Sequence record: OR352949.1
From: Escherichia phage AV119
DNA length: 64,000 bases
Reading direction: 5' to 3' (one strand)
Part shown: piece by piece, positions 51,843 to 62,052 of the stretch
Layout: each line of letters opens with the position of its first letter
How positions within the stretch are numbered: position 1 is the first letter of the stretch
Made by a program: the position numbers and the translations under genes
The notes under the pieces: model-generated
The model's input: only the letters and a program-made list of their open reading frames with translations
Told to the model about the DNA's origin: nothing
The model's database searches: none

Positions 51843-52589
51843 TTATCCTCGGATAAGTTTAAAAATTGAACAATTTAGCGGGTATCCTCTTTTCAGTTTA
51901 AGTTTATCAATAAAAGACAAATTTTGATACCGCTCTACACCTTGAATAATTTTATCACACATATCATATTGCATTTCTGCTTCTGACAGCTTTTTCACAA
52001 TTTTCCAATCCGAGCCTTTAAGAAGAACGTTCAATTTAACAACTTCAGCGCCTTCTGCTATGCGAGAACCATCAATACGTGCTTTAAGTGCTATAATCCT
52101 TAGCTTAATGTCAGAGGTCTGTTTTGATTTAGAAAGCTGAGAAATGTGTTCAATTCGGTTTTCACGTTTTTTCTGTATAGCTTTAATTTGATTATAAGTC
52201 TTTTTGATTTTAGCCCATTTCTTTTCATCTAAATTTAGTTTATGAACTTTTTTCGCAGATGAACGACCAATTCGCAAAGCAAATAAATCACGCTTTTCAA
52301 TCAACTCTTCTAAAGTATAATCAGAACGAAATGTATTATACTTTTTCTTTACTGCAATAACATTCCCTTTAATGTATCCAACGTTATTATCAAAACGTTC
52401 TAATGATAATTTCTCTCCTTCAATACGATTATCAAAAGGTTCTCCCGAGTAAGCACAAACTTTTTGATCTAAAATGTTCTTAATGTAATTGAAGTCTAAG
52501 TTAAAATCTTTAGAACGTCTTTTTGCAGATGCCTGAGTATGCTCTAGACGACGTTTAATTTTACGAATTTGGTTATTAGACAGCTTCAT
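51843..52589 (-). CDS. srd: Srd (sigma-factor-like regulator)
   Basis: 248 aa, position between dda.1 and modA. Confidence 0.7.
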   Translation of the reverse strand: MKLSNNQIRKIKRRLEHTQASAKRRSKDFNLDFNYIKNILDQKVCAYSGEPFDNRIEGEKLSLERFDNNVGYIKGNVIAVKKKYNTFRSDYTLEELIEKRDLFALRIGRSSAKKVHKLNLDEKKWAKIKKTYNQIKAIQKKRENRIEHISQLSKSKQTSDIKLRIIALKARIDGSRIAEGAEVVKLNVLLKGSDWKIVKKLSEAEMQYDMCDKIIQGVERYQNLSFIDKLKLKRGYPLNCSIFKLIRG

Positions 52590-52621
52590 ATTTTTCTCAC
52601 ATCTTACGGACGGTTAACTAC

Positions 52622-52655
52622 TTATACTATAACATTTTTACCTTAACTTGTAAAC
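52622..52655 (-). promoter_or_regulatory. early-type promoter upstream of srd
   Basis: minus strand GTTTAC (52655..52650) and TAGTATAAG. Confidence 0.45.
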
Positions 52656-52711
52656 AACTTTATGAAAAATGCTTTAAAACTTTCATGGTATAATGAATCT
52701 AAGTCCTTCCA

Positions 52712-53314
52712 TTATAGATTAAATCCTTCAAAATCAAGAGTATAGATAGTGTATGTTGAATACTTTTTATACTCGTATCTATCCGCAATTCTAAATACAC
52801 TTCCAGCTGGTATCATTACTTCTTGTTCATCTGAAACTAATTCCATATTACGATAGCGATGGCTATCCGGAAACTTAAAACTCGGACTATATTCTTTACA
52901 ACGTAAAGCTTTTATAGCATACTCCTGGAAATTAAACACCATAGGAGCTTTGAATTCAAAAATAACTTGTGTGTTGTATTCTAATCCAGAAGCAAAATGT
53001 AGAGCTATATTTTTATCATATGAAGCTGATACTACTTTATCAAATGTAATAATATCAATTCCTTGATTTAACACCTGTTTAGTCTCAACTGAAACACCTC
53101 TCCAAAGAGGTTTATCGTTTGGAACCAAACGAGATTTGACTATTTCATTTAACCAAGAATGATCGTCTGGTTTATTAGTAATACAATGAATTAAAAGTTC
53201 AATTTCAGATAAATTAAATCCTTCAGAAAGTAATTCTTCACGAATAGAAGCACGCACCGATGCATCCATTGATTTGATTTTAAAATCTTTTAATTGCATT
53301 GCTGAATATTTCAT
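52712..53314 (-). CDS. modA: ModA ADP-ribosyltransferase
   Basis: 200 aa, matches T4 ModA length/position. Confidence 0.8.
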   Translation of the reverse strand: MKYSAMQLKDFKIKSMDASVRASIREELLSEGFNLSEIELLIHCITNKPDDHSWLNEIVKSRLVPNDKPLWRGVSVETKQVLNQGIDIITFDKVVSASYDKNIALHFASGLEYNTQVIFEFKAPMVFNFQEYAIKALRCKEYSPSFKFPDSHRYRNMELVSDEQEVMIPAGSVFRIADRYEYKKYSTYTIYTLDFEGFNL

Positions 53315-53934
53315 TCAACTACCTCAATATCATACACTTTAAATGTTCCAAATGAATCGTGTAATTTTTCTTTTGAAATAGAAGTTATTTTATACTTTCC
53401 AATTGGAATCATCCATTCTTGTTCACGTACAATCATCATTAAGTTATCAGTACGTTCTGAATCTAATCCATCAGTATCTTCATATGTATACTTAAATTCA
53501 GTATTAGGAGAAGAAAGTATAATATCGCTGATATGGTCAGAATAATTAAAAGCTTTATCAGTTTTTAAGCGAAATATTATTTCAGTGAAATACTCAACAT
53601 AAGAAAAACCACATGCTGTGTGCAAACTAGTAGTAAATGAATCTACTCTGTTCGTTGAAAACACTTCTCCGACTTGTAAATCTTTAATGAGTTCTTTTGT
53701 CGATTTTGATATACCACGATATAGCTGATAAGGCGATTTAGTTAAATGCTTTTTAACGATTTTATTCAACTGCCGATGAAGAGCTTCATTCTTTTTGGCT
53801 TCCATACACTGCCAAAGAACTGACTGTTCAAAGTCAGTAAATTTTTCACAGACCTTTTTATACATATCATATTGAAAATCAACGCTTTCAGCTTTTATAG
53901 ATAACTGTTCAACATCTGCAAGATTAATAATCAT
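53311..53934 (-). CDS. modB: ModB ADP-ribosyltransferase
   Basis: 207 aa, paralog of ModA, overlapping stop/start. Confidence 0.8.
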   Translation of the reverse strand: MIINLADVEQLSIKAESVDFQYDMYKKVCEKFTDFEQSVLWQCMEAKKNEALHRQLNKIVKKHLTKSPYQLYRGISKSTKELIKDLQVGEVFSTNRVDSFTTSLHTACGFSYVEYFTEIIFRLKTDKAFNYSDHISDIILSSPNTEFKYTYEDTDGLDSERTDNLMMIVREQEWMIPIGKYKITSISKEKLHDSFGTFKVYDIEVVE

Positions 53935-53960
53935 GATAGCCTCCGTATACTTCAGAAGCT

Positions 53961-53990
53961 ATCATATCATCGTTAGGAAGGAAAGTAAAC
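53961..53990 (-). promoter_or_regulatory. early-type promoter upstream of modB
   Basis: minus strand GTTTAC (53990..53985) and ATGATATGAT. Confidence 0.4.
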
Positions 53991-54001
53991 AACTTTTTGA
54001 A

Positions 54002-54184
54002 TTATTTTGCCCAGGGAGCCCAGGGCGGAGGGTCAAGATGGTATGAAGCTAGTTCTTCTAGAAGAGCATCTGGGGCTTCAATTCCATAATTCTGTAATAC
54101 TATACGGTACTCTTTCTTATAATCACTAGAATCATTCTGGATATTCGTAGAATGATTATCTTCTAACATCTCAAATAAATCCAT
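54002..54184 (-). CDS. hypothetical acidic protein (60 aa)
   Basis: co-oriented ORF. Confidence 0.45.
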   Translation of the reverse strand: MDLFEMLEDNHSTNIQNDSSDYKKEYRIVLQNYGIEAPDALLEELASYHLDPPPWAPWAK

Positions 54185-54192
54185 ATTAATTC

Positions 54193-54663
54193 CTAGCGAT
54201 AAAAACCAAAATAACGATTAGCTTCAATAATCTTTCTTTCTTCTTCGGACATTCTCCAGCGTAGTCCAACATCAAAATGAGCCCAGACCATCTTAACAAA
54301 TGCATTTATATCTTTAATATCTTCAATAATGAATGATTTACTTTTAGAAGGTTGACTCGCTAATTTAACTTTATCGTCTTCAAACAGGTCAAAAAGACCA
54401 TATTCATGGGCTCTTTTATAGCCTTTAATAGTTAAAGCTTCAGAAGAAGAAAAAGGTGAATCAGTATTCTGCAAAATATCTTCAGTATGCTTTATAATTA
54501 GAATAACATTTTCTGGATATTTTCTTTCTTTTATATCTTTAATTAAAATATCCGGATTTTCTGCTAAAGGAATAATTAATGAGCATTTTTTACCAAGAGT
54601 ATTTACTGATTTACCTTCTTTAGACATAAATTCTATTGAATAATGTTTTGCTACTTCAATCAT
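54193..54663 (-). CDS. hypothetical protein (156 aa)
   Basis: co-oriented ORF. Confidence 0.55.
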   Translation of the reverse strand: MIEVAKHYSIEFMSKEGKSVNTLGKKCSLIIPLAENPDILIKDIKERKYPENVILIIKHTEDILQNTDSPFSSSEALTIKGYKRAHEYGLFDLFEDDKVKLASQPSKSKSFIIEDIKDINAFVKMVWAHFDVGLRWRMSEEERKIIEANRYFGFYR

Positions 54664-54816
54664 GCGATTTCCTTTTGCCTACTAATGGACCGTCAGGAAT
54701 TTTGTTTTCCTGGATATATTTCTCATTTTCTTCCATCATTTTACTACCGATTTTAAGAAGCAAATCCATTGCTTCATTTGCTTTAGCTTTAGCCTCTTCT
54801 AATATCATATCTCTGT

Positions 54817-55020
54817 TCACGATTTATCCCCATAGATGTCTCTCATTAATTTAAGCGCTGAGCGTTCTAATTTCTTTTCTTTCTCAGCACTAATCATTGA
54901 TTTCATCCATTCTTCCGATTCGTTCTGCATTTCTTTATTTGCTTGTTCAACCCAACCATCATCAATATACATCGAGTTTGGTCTATTGAACCATTCAAGC
55001 ATCTTCTTCAGAGCTTTCAT
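54817..55020 (-). CDS. hypothetical protein (67 aa)
   Basis: co-oriented ORF. Confidence 0.45.
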   Translation of the reverse strand: MKALKKMLEWFNRPNSMYIDDGWVEQANKEMQNESEEWMKSMISAEKEKKLERSALKLMRDIYGDKS

Positions 55021-55480
55021 TTGTTTTACCTAAAACAACAATAGGAGCATCATCAAATTCATGAATTTTGAGCAAATTTGGATGTAAACTATTCCATACA
55101 GAAGAAATAAAGTATGATAAAGCATCTTCACTCGCAATTATAAATTTATTTCCTTTATCTATTTTCCAACTATATACTGAATCGTACGAATAAAAAGATA
55201 AAGGTTTATTATTATATTGTTCTGCGCTAACATTAATGTATTCTGATTTAGTAAATGCTTCAATTGCTCTAAACGGAATATTTGGTACAGTTTCAATAAT
55301 ACCAATCTTTTTAAGTTTTATTTCAGCATCTTCTGGAACTGGCATTGAAACGAAATTTTCTACGAGATACATTGGGTCACAATAACCCTTATCAATCATT
55401 ACTGCTACGGTAATTGGAACGTCTTTAGCAAACGACATACTATTACTGCTAATATACATTTCAAACAAAATCGCTTCCAT
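54995..55480 (-). CDS. mrh: Mrh-like protein (161 aa from MEAILF)
   Basis: size and position as T4 mrh; identity by position only. Confidence 0.5.
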   Translation of the reverse strand: MEAILFEMYISSNSMSFAKDVPITVAVMIDKGYCDPMYLVENFVSMPVPEDAEIKLKKIGIIETVPNIPFRAIEAFTKSEYINVSAEQYNNKPLSFYSYDSVYSWKIDKGNKFIIASEDALSYFISSVWNSLHPNLLKIHEFDDAPIVVLGKTNESSEEDA

Positions 55481-55488
55481 AATTTTCC

Positions 55489-55830
55489 TCAATCACAAGA
55501 TGTAGATGAACAACTAGAATCACAAGAACTTCCACATGAATCGCCTTCCCATACATGAACAGGAACATTAGTATCATATGAATCAGAACTAGACTGTGTA
55601 TTCTGCGTATTAGATGATGTAGTAGGTGTTGACCAGCGCCAAGGATTTTTATAATATTCTTGGGCTTCTTCATAAGTCATAGTAACTGCTTCTACTGTTC
55701 CATCTCCCATATAAACATACTCAACTACAGTTAAAGGAAGGTAGTCATTTGAAATAGGAACTACACCTTCCCCAGGAGTCGTAGAGAAAAAATCCGTAAA
55801 GAAACTTTTAAACCAATTAAAGATAAACAT
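55489..55830 (-). CDS. hypothetical protein (113 aa) with S/T-rich linker and Cys/Ser-rich C-terminus
   Basis: C-terminus ...[18 protein letters not shown]. Confidence 0.5.
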   Translation of the reverse strand: MFIFNWFKSFFTDFFSTTPGEGVVPISNDYLPLTVVEYVYMGDGTVEAVTMTYEEAQEYYKNPWRWSTPTTSSNTQNTQSSSDSYDTNVPVHVWEGDSCGSSCDSSCSSTSCD

Positions 55831-56036
55831 TACAAAAAGCCTCTCTTGAATTCGACATGCTTTTCACCATAATCATATCGAATCTCTGCATTAAATTCGA
55901 CAGAACCATCTGCGTACATCATAAATGAATGCACAACAACTTCTGTAGACCATGGCTGTAGTTCATATTTCTTCATTACATGCCGTGAAATGATAATATC
56001 TAAATCTTCATTTGGTTTAATCCAACGATTTAACAT
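55830..56036 (-). CDS. hypothetical protein (68 aa)
   Basis: co-oriented ORF downstream of promoter 56061..56092. Confidence 0.5.
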   Translation of the reverse strand: MLNRWIKPNEDLDIIISRHVMKKYELQPWSTEVVVHSFMMYADGSVEFNAEIRYDYGEKHVEFKRGFL

Positions 56037-56060
56037 AGTGCTCTCCTCTATAAGATAATT

Positions 56061-56092
56061 CTATTATACCATACTCATTTTGGAAAGTAAAC
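56061..56092 (-). promoter_or_regulatory. early-type promoter (GTTTAC-N17-GGTATAATAG)
   Basis: near-consensus -10. Confidence 0.45.
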
Positions 56093-56102
56093 CAGTAAAA
56101 TG

Positions 56103-56125
56103 AAAAAGGACTCCCGAAGGAGTCC
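56103..56125 (-). terminator. rho-independent terminator downstream of soc (ggactcc-cgaa-ggagtcc + U-tract)
   Basis: identical to terminator at 2131..2154. Confidence 0.55.
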
Positions 56126-56131
56126 TTGAAT

Positions 56132-56377
56132 TTATTCACCAGTTACTTTCCACAAATCTTCATTTGCAGCAATCCATTCAGTACGTTGATTTTCTTCATA
56201 TACTGTAGAATATGCTGCTTTTTCTGAAGGGAATGTCTGGTAATGAGCACCAGAAATTTTGTGAACGTCAGAATAAAGAGGGAAAGCTACGGAAATTTCC
56301 TTTCCTTCAATTTTCTTATTTCCATCTAATTTCTGCTCAAATGTTTTAATATTAACATAACCGCGAGTACTAGCCAT
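56132..56377 (-). CDS. soc: Soc small outer capsid protein
   Basis: 81 aa, matches T4 Soc. Confidence 0.92.
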   Translation of the reverse strand: MASTRGYVNIKTFEQKLDGNKKIEGKEISVAFPLYSDVHKISGAHYQTFPSEKAAYSTVYEENQRTEWIAANEDLWKVTGE

Positions 56378-56393
56378 GTAATTCTCCTTTTAT

Positions 56394-56603
56394 TTAAATT
56401 ACATGATTATTTATAATAAATTCTCGCGGAACGTTAAAATACCCGATTTTAGTTAATATAACAACATCGCCGTTAATAATTACCGGAGAATAATCTTCTG
56501 GAGCATTAAATTTCCAATGGGCTCTAATATTATATCCATCAGAACCAAATGCTCGAGTAGCTGGTCTCCCAGCTTTTTGCCATGCGTAGAAATCAAATTT
56601 CAT
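56394..56603 (-). CDS. hypothetical protein (69 aa), soc.1-like
   Basis: co-oriented ORF. Confidence 0.5.
   Translation of the reverse strand: MKFDFYAWQKAGRPATRAFGSDGYNIRAHWKFNAPEDYSPVIINGDVVILTKIGYFNVPREFIINNHVI
56398..56405 (-). promoter_or_regulatory. T4-type late promoter TATAAATA upstream of soc
   Basis: minus-strand TATAAATA about 21 nt upstream of soc ATG. Confidence 0.5.
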
Positions 56604-56794
56604 TTTGAATGCTCTATAATTAATTTTAAAGCTTCTTCACTGACAAAAATTTCGTCAGGACCTTCTATAACTTCAACCATACGAAGTTGATTAGTTAAGA
56701 GCTCACATACGAGCTCCTTGTTATAATCTTTAAATAGCTGGTCAATACGTTTCTTATGGGCTTTCTTGAGCTGACGTTTATTTAAACGAGCCAT
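56600..56794 (-). CDS. hypothetical protein (64 aa), soc.2-like
   Basis: co-oriented ORF. Confidence 0.5.
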   Translation of the reverse strand: MARLNKRQLKKAHKKRIDQLFKDYNKELVCELLTNQLRMVEVIEGPDEIFVSEEALKLIIEHSK

Positions 56795-57312
56795 TAATAG
56801 CCTCGGTCTTGACGAGCGAAGTTTTCAGCATTTTTCAGATAATAAAGTTTAAAGATTTCCTCAGCTGACATTCCAAGAGCAATGAATTTATTCATGAAAA
56901 AGTGAAATTGATCAATCAGTTCAAATTTAATTTCAAGTTGATCTTCAGGAGATAAATCTTGAATTTTCTTGGATTGCATTTCAGAATAACGTTTCTTCCA
57001 AGGTTTCCATACAGCAGAAGCTTCTTTTTCGCCATTACTCATACCGCCAAGAGAAGTATATAACTCGCGGGTTTCATCTGCGATATAATCGTCTTGGTTT
57101 CGCAACCAAGCAAGAACTTCTCCTGCAGTTTCAAGTGAATCAGGATGACGATTTGTTTCTGGTTTATCATTAGCCAAACGAATCTGTAAATGCCGCTGCA
57201 TGTCAAGCATAACCTGCAGTGGGTCAATATTGTGCATAATATTCTCAGCATATGCACGATTTGCTTTATCAACACCTTCAATCAAATGAGCACATTCATT
57301 AAAGTGAGCCAT
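56794..57312 (-). CDS. 56: dCTPase/dUTPase (MazG-like), gp56
   Basis: 172 aa from MAHFNE; RBS GAAAGGAAAAA before ATG 57312. Confidence 0.85.
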   Translation of the reverse strand: MAHFNECAHLIEGVDKANRAYAENIMHNIDPLQVMLDMQRHLQIRLANDKPETNRHPDSLETAGEVLAWLRNQDDYIADETRELYTSLGGMSNGEKEASAVWKPWKKRYSEMQSKKIQDLSPEDQLEIKFELIDQFHFFMNKFIALGMSAEEIFKLYYLKNAENFARQDRGY

Positions 57313-57372
57313 TATTTTTCCTTTCAATTCATTAATAAGTTAAATAATTATATCATTTGAATATGTAAGCAA

Positions 57373-58712
<1,340 letters not shown>

Positions 58713-58734
58713 TATATCATCCTCAGCAATTTAT

Positions 58735-58767
58735 TTTATAATACCATAACAAGCTGAGAAAGTAAAC
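58735..58767 (-). promoter_or_regulatory. early-type promoter (GTTTAC-N17-GGTATTATAA) upstream of the 186-aa ORF
   Basis: plus strand ttataataccat...gtaaac. Confidence 0.45.
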
Positions 58768-58811
58768 AAATTTATGAAATTTGTGATAAATATTAATTTA
58801 AAGGAGGACAT

Positions 58812-59012
58812 ATGGCACAAAAATTAATGGCACTTGTTAATGCCATCAAAGGTAATAAGAAACGTATAGCTTTTACTATTTCTGCTATGGTAGGAATTTT
58901 ACTCTGGAACTTTATTTTATCACCAATTGCAATTGCGCATGGTGTTAATATTCCAGTAGTTACTCTTGATACATTCGTAGATCTAGCATTTGCTTTAGTT
59001 GGGTTAATTTAA
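58812..59012 (+). CDS. small hydrophobic membrane protein (66 aa) on the opposite strand, convergent with gene 61
   Basis: strong RBS AAAGGAGGA 6 nt before ATG; two predicted TM segments; 3' end overlaps gene 61 stop. Confidence 0.45.
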   Translation: MAQKLMALVNAIKGNKKRIAFTISAMVGILLWNFILSPIAIAHGVNIPVVTLDTFVDLAFALVGLI

Positions 59013-60037
59013 ATCTTGGCATATTTAGATAACCGCATTTTAGCCATTAACCCCTGGGCAATATTATTTTTCATATATTCCATAATTTGTTCAGGGGTTG
59101 CACCTTCCTTTCTAATCATATCATTAACATCTTTTGATTTCCAGGGAGATTTATCCCAAAACATAACCCTTTCTCCTGCATCAACTAATTTAGTCATTCG
59201 CTTGATAGTGTCAGGGTGACGAGGTTCATTATCTAAAACCCACACTCGTCTATCTTTAAATGGAACAACTTCTAGGTCTAATTGACCACCCGTAATAGCT
59301 ATACCATTTTCAATAAAAAGCGAATCTATAGGTCCTTCTAGAACATATACATCACCATCTTTAACTCGTTCGACTCCATAGATTTTTGTTGCCTCAGGAT
59401 AAGCTTTGATGGTGATATATTTTTGAGGAGCATCTTTCTTTAATGCGCGTCCTTGAAAAGACTCAGCTTTTCCATTAGCATTATAAATTGGAATAACAAG
59501 ACGAGGCTCAGGTATTTCCTTTTTATATGTTCCTGGTGCTATACTATTAACTAATTTAGGCCATTCAGTTGTAAACCAAAGATATTTCCATTTATCCTTT
59601 GGAATACAACGAGCTTTTACGTATTTTATAATTGGATGGTCTTCCGCCAGTTTATCTAATCTAACACATGACGGAAGAGATTTAATTATTTTCTTCTCAG
59701 GTTGTTTAGGAAGTTCTTTAGGTTTTTCTACTGGACGACTTTTACCTTTTTCTTTTCTTATTTCAAAGATATACTCACGATATAAATCAGGTTCAAACTC
59801 CTTTAAATATATTCCTATTGGTGCATGATAGTTACAGTTATAACAATGAATATTTCCTTCATTATTATCACCATAATACCATCCACGGGCTTTATTTTGG
59901 TCGGTTTTTGAATCTCCACAAACTGGGCATCTAAACCGTAATTTAAAAGTTGAACTATTATTTACTTGTGTGAATTTAGGTAAATGAGCTAATGCACGGT
60001 ATGCAAACTCATTATCAATCCAAGGTATTGATGACAT
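59009..60037 (-). CDS. 61: DNA primase gp61
   Basis: 342 aa; N-terminal zinc-binding CPVC...CYNC; matches T4 gp61. Confidence 0.93.
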   Translation of the reverse strand: MSSIPWIDNEFAYRALAHLPKFTQVNNSSTFKLRFRCPVCGDSKTDQNKARGWYYGDNNEGNIHCYNCNYHAPIGIYLKEFEPDLYREYIFEIRKEKGKSRPVEKPKELPKQPEKKIIKSLPSCVRLDKLAEDHPIIKYVKARCIPKDKWKYLWFTTEWPKLVNSIAPGTYKKEIPEPRLVIPIYNANGKAESFQGRALKKDAPQKYITIKAYPEATKIYGVERVKDGDVYVLEGPIDSLFIENGIAITGGQLDLEVVPFKDRRVWVLDNEPRHPDTIKRMTKLVDAGERVMFWDKSPWKSKDVNDMIRKEGATPEQIMEYMKNNIAQGLMAKMRLSKYAKI

Positions 60038-60039
60038 TT

Positions 60040-60204
60040 TTACTCTTCTTTTTCTTTAGATTCCTCTTTTTTCTTTTTAGGAATCTGTTCAGGACCTTTA
60101 TTTACTACAGCACCTGACGTTGTTCCAGTAGAGATATTTTCAGGATTACCACCTGAATCTCCAGCGACCATATCTTCTTTAATAAATTCTTTATATGTTT
60201 TCAT
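60040..60204 (-). CDS. small acidic/lysine-rich low-complexity protein (54 aa)
   Basis: ATG at 60204 two nt after upstream stop; stop TAA 2 nt before gene 61 ATG; not in ORF track. Confidence 0.4.
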   Translation of the reverse strand: MKTYKEFIKEDMVAGDSGGNPENISTGTTSGAVVNKGPEQIPKKKKEESKEKEE

Positions 60205-60250
60205 ATTAACCTCTATTCATAAAAGCATTAAAAATTTGGTCATCAATAGA
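60202..60250 (-). repeat. 49-nt direct repeat copy A spanning stop-start junction
   Basis: near-identical (3 mismatches) to 60560..60608. Confidence 0.7.
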
Positions 60251-60562
60251 TGGCGCAGTAATATTTTCTGCATCATTTAGCAAATCATTAATTTCATCAG
60301 ATAGCATAACACATGTACCTTTATTTCCTGTAATTGTTACTGCGCAATTACGAACGTTTTCTTTATTAAATTTTAGGTTAATATTTTCGTAATGAAAATC
60401 CTTTAATGCTGAATATATTTTTAAAATAAAATTATCTTTTACTACAATAAACCCAACCTCACTATTAAAACGCGGTTCATGGAAACTGTAATAAACCTTT
60501 TCATCTATAAAATCGTATGAAATTTTTTCCATTTTTAAATATGAAAATTCAGAACTATACAT
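60206..60562 (-). CDS. hypothetical protein (118 aa), 61.1-like; paralog of adjacent 210-aa ORF
   Basis: shares C-terminus IDDQIFNAFMN(R/K)G with 60564..61196. Confidence 0.55.
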   Translation of the reverse strand: MYSSEFSYLKMEKISYDFIDEKVYYSFHEPRFNSEVGFIVVKDNFILKIYSALKDFHYENINLKFNKENVRNCAVTITGNKGTCVMLSDEINDLLNDAENITAPSIDDQIFNAFMNRG

Positions 60563-60608
60563 ATTAACCTTTATTCATAAAAGCATTAAAAATTTGATCG
60601 TCAATAGA
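60560..60608 (-). repeat. 49-nt direct repeat copy B spanning stop-start junction
   Basis: near-identical to 60202..60250. Confidence 0.7.
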
Positions 60609-61196
60609 AACTTTTACTTTAGGCTGTTCTTCAAACGGTAATTCATATCCACATATTACAATTTTGTGATCGATACCAAAATACACAGAAGCAATATTAT
60701 TAATATTATTTTCAGTGAAATCTAAATCAACATCAATATCTTTTTGACTAACGCTCAAAGGATAATTAATACGAATAATTCGATTATCTTTAACAAAGAT
60801 TCCACCGACATACTCTGTGCTGCGTTTAAAGTTTACACGTTTCCTAAATGAAAAATATTCAGGTTCTTTATGGGCTCGACTCATAGGGCTTAAAGTGTAT
60901 TCCGAATATGAAATATCAAATCCTACACCTTCAATATGAGCCAAAGTGTCATGATTAAACCAATTATAATCGTATGCCAAATCCATTAAATTGTAATATG
61001 TGAAAGGCACCGGATTAACATCATATATTGTACCTTTAAAATCTGCCCAAGCAACGATTTCGTTATCTTTAACAATTACAAAAATTGTGCCAATAAGATA
61101 TCCACGGTTATTTTCATCAGGCGTTATATTATAACATTGTGCATCAGGAAATTTACCGTATTTAAACGGTGGATTTTTGTGCATATAATAAATCAT
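60564..61196 (-). CDS. hypothetical protein (210 aa), 61.2-like
   Basis: co-oriented ORF; paralogous C-terminal half. Confidence 0.55.
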   Translation of the reverse strand: MIYYMHKNPPFKYGKFPDAQCYNITPDENNRGYLIGTIFVIVKDNEIVAWADFKGTIYDVNPVPFTYYNLMDLAYDYNWFNHDTLAHIEGVGFDISYSEYTLSPMSRAHKEPEYFSFRKRVNFKRSTEYVGGIFVKDNRIIRINYPLSVSQKDIDVDLDFTENNINNIASVYFGIDHKIVICGYELPFEEQPKVKVSIDDQIFNAFMNKG

Positions 61197-61197
61197 A

Positions 61198-61491
61198 TTA
61201 TTCGCCTGTGATTTCGGTTACGATATTTTTGTTATTAAAGTTTTTATCGCAATACAGAACATAATTATACTGCATTACACCACCAGACTTAAGTTGTTTT
61301 TGCACTTCAGCTTTCATTTCAGGACGATCGCGCTCAACGATATTCATAATATCCGCTTCAATTTGAGTTTCAACTTCAGTCTGATCTGCAGTCATAGACC
61401 ATTCACACAAATCTTTATCATATCCTGCCATAGCAGGCTGAGCAGCACAAGAAGCCAAAGTAAAAATTGTAGCAAAAATAAATTTTTTCAT
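61198..61491 (-). CDS. putative lipoprotein (97 aa), 61.3-like
   Basis: signal peptide with LASC lipobox. Confidence 0.55.
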   Translation of the reverse strand: MKKFIFATIFTLASCAAQPAMAGYDKDLCEWSMTADQTEVETQIEADIMNIVERDRPEMKAEVQKQLKSGGVMQYNYVLYCDKNFNNKNIVTEITGE

Positions 61492-61518
61492 GATAATCTC
61501 CTCAGTAGTTTATATTTA

Positions 61519-61549
61519 TATAGTATCTCAATTTCCAACAAAAGTAAAC
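61519..61549 (-). promoter_or_regulatory. early-type promoter
   Basis: minus strand GTTTAC (61549..61544) and GATACTATA. Confidence 0.4.
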
Positions 61550-61551
61550 AG

Positions 61552-61809
61552 CTATTTTAAAACTTCTGCGTAATCACATGTTACAAACTGTTTCTCTAGC
61601 TTAACGATTTTACGAAAATACCTTTTATACTGACGAATCTGTCGCTTCGTAGGACGTACAGCAAACTTAATAAATTCCACTCGACCAAATGGAGGACTTT
61701 CTTCTGCTGGAATATCTAACACCAATTCCCACGTATCTGCAATAAGTGCTTTGAATTGAGTATTTTTCCTGACGTTATACGGAGTAGGTTTAAATAAAAC
61801 AATATGCAT
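61552..61809 (-). CDS. hypothetical protein (85 aa from MHIVLF; ORF track extends to 61851), 61.4-like
   Basis: RBS GAGGA before ATG 61809; avoids overlap with dmd. Confidence 0.5.
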   Translation of the reverse strand: MHIVLFKPTPYNVRKNTQFKALIADTWELVLDIPAEESPPFGRVEFIKFAVRPTKRQIRQYKRYFRKIVKLEKQFVTCDYAEVLK

Positions 61810-61810
61810 A

Positions 61811-61993
61811 TTATCCTCGGCAATCCACTTCGCACACTTTCTTGTCATCAATGAAAGCTTTAACTAATGCTTTATTAACTTCAGCATATTGAGTAGTAGC
61901 CCATTGAACGTCATCTTTCATCATTGTGATTTCTTTAGTAAACATGCTTTCATTCTTAAACCACCCCATAAAAACTACCTTTACCAATTCCAT
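61811..61993 (-). CDS. dmd: Dmd-like antitoxin (60 aa), inhibitor of host RnlA/LsoA toxins
   Basis: 60-aa ORF directly downstream of gene 41, matching size and position of T4 dmd (61.5). Confidence 0.6.
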   Translation of the reverse strand: MELVKVVFMGWFKNESMFTKEITMMKDDVQWATTQYAEVNKALVKAFIDDKKVCEVDCRG

Positions 61994-62020
61994 AACAATC
62001 TCCTCATTTAACCAACAAGA

Positions 62021-62052
62021 CTACTATACCATAGTCTTGTCAGCTTGTAAAC
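62021..62052 (-). promoter_or_regulatory. early-type promoter upstream of dmd
   Basis: minus strand GTTTAC (62052..62047) and GGTATAGTAG. Confidence 0.45.
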
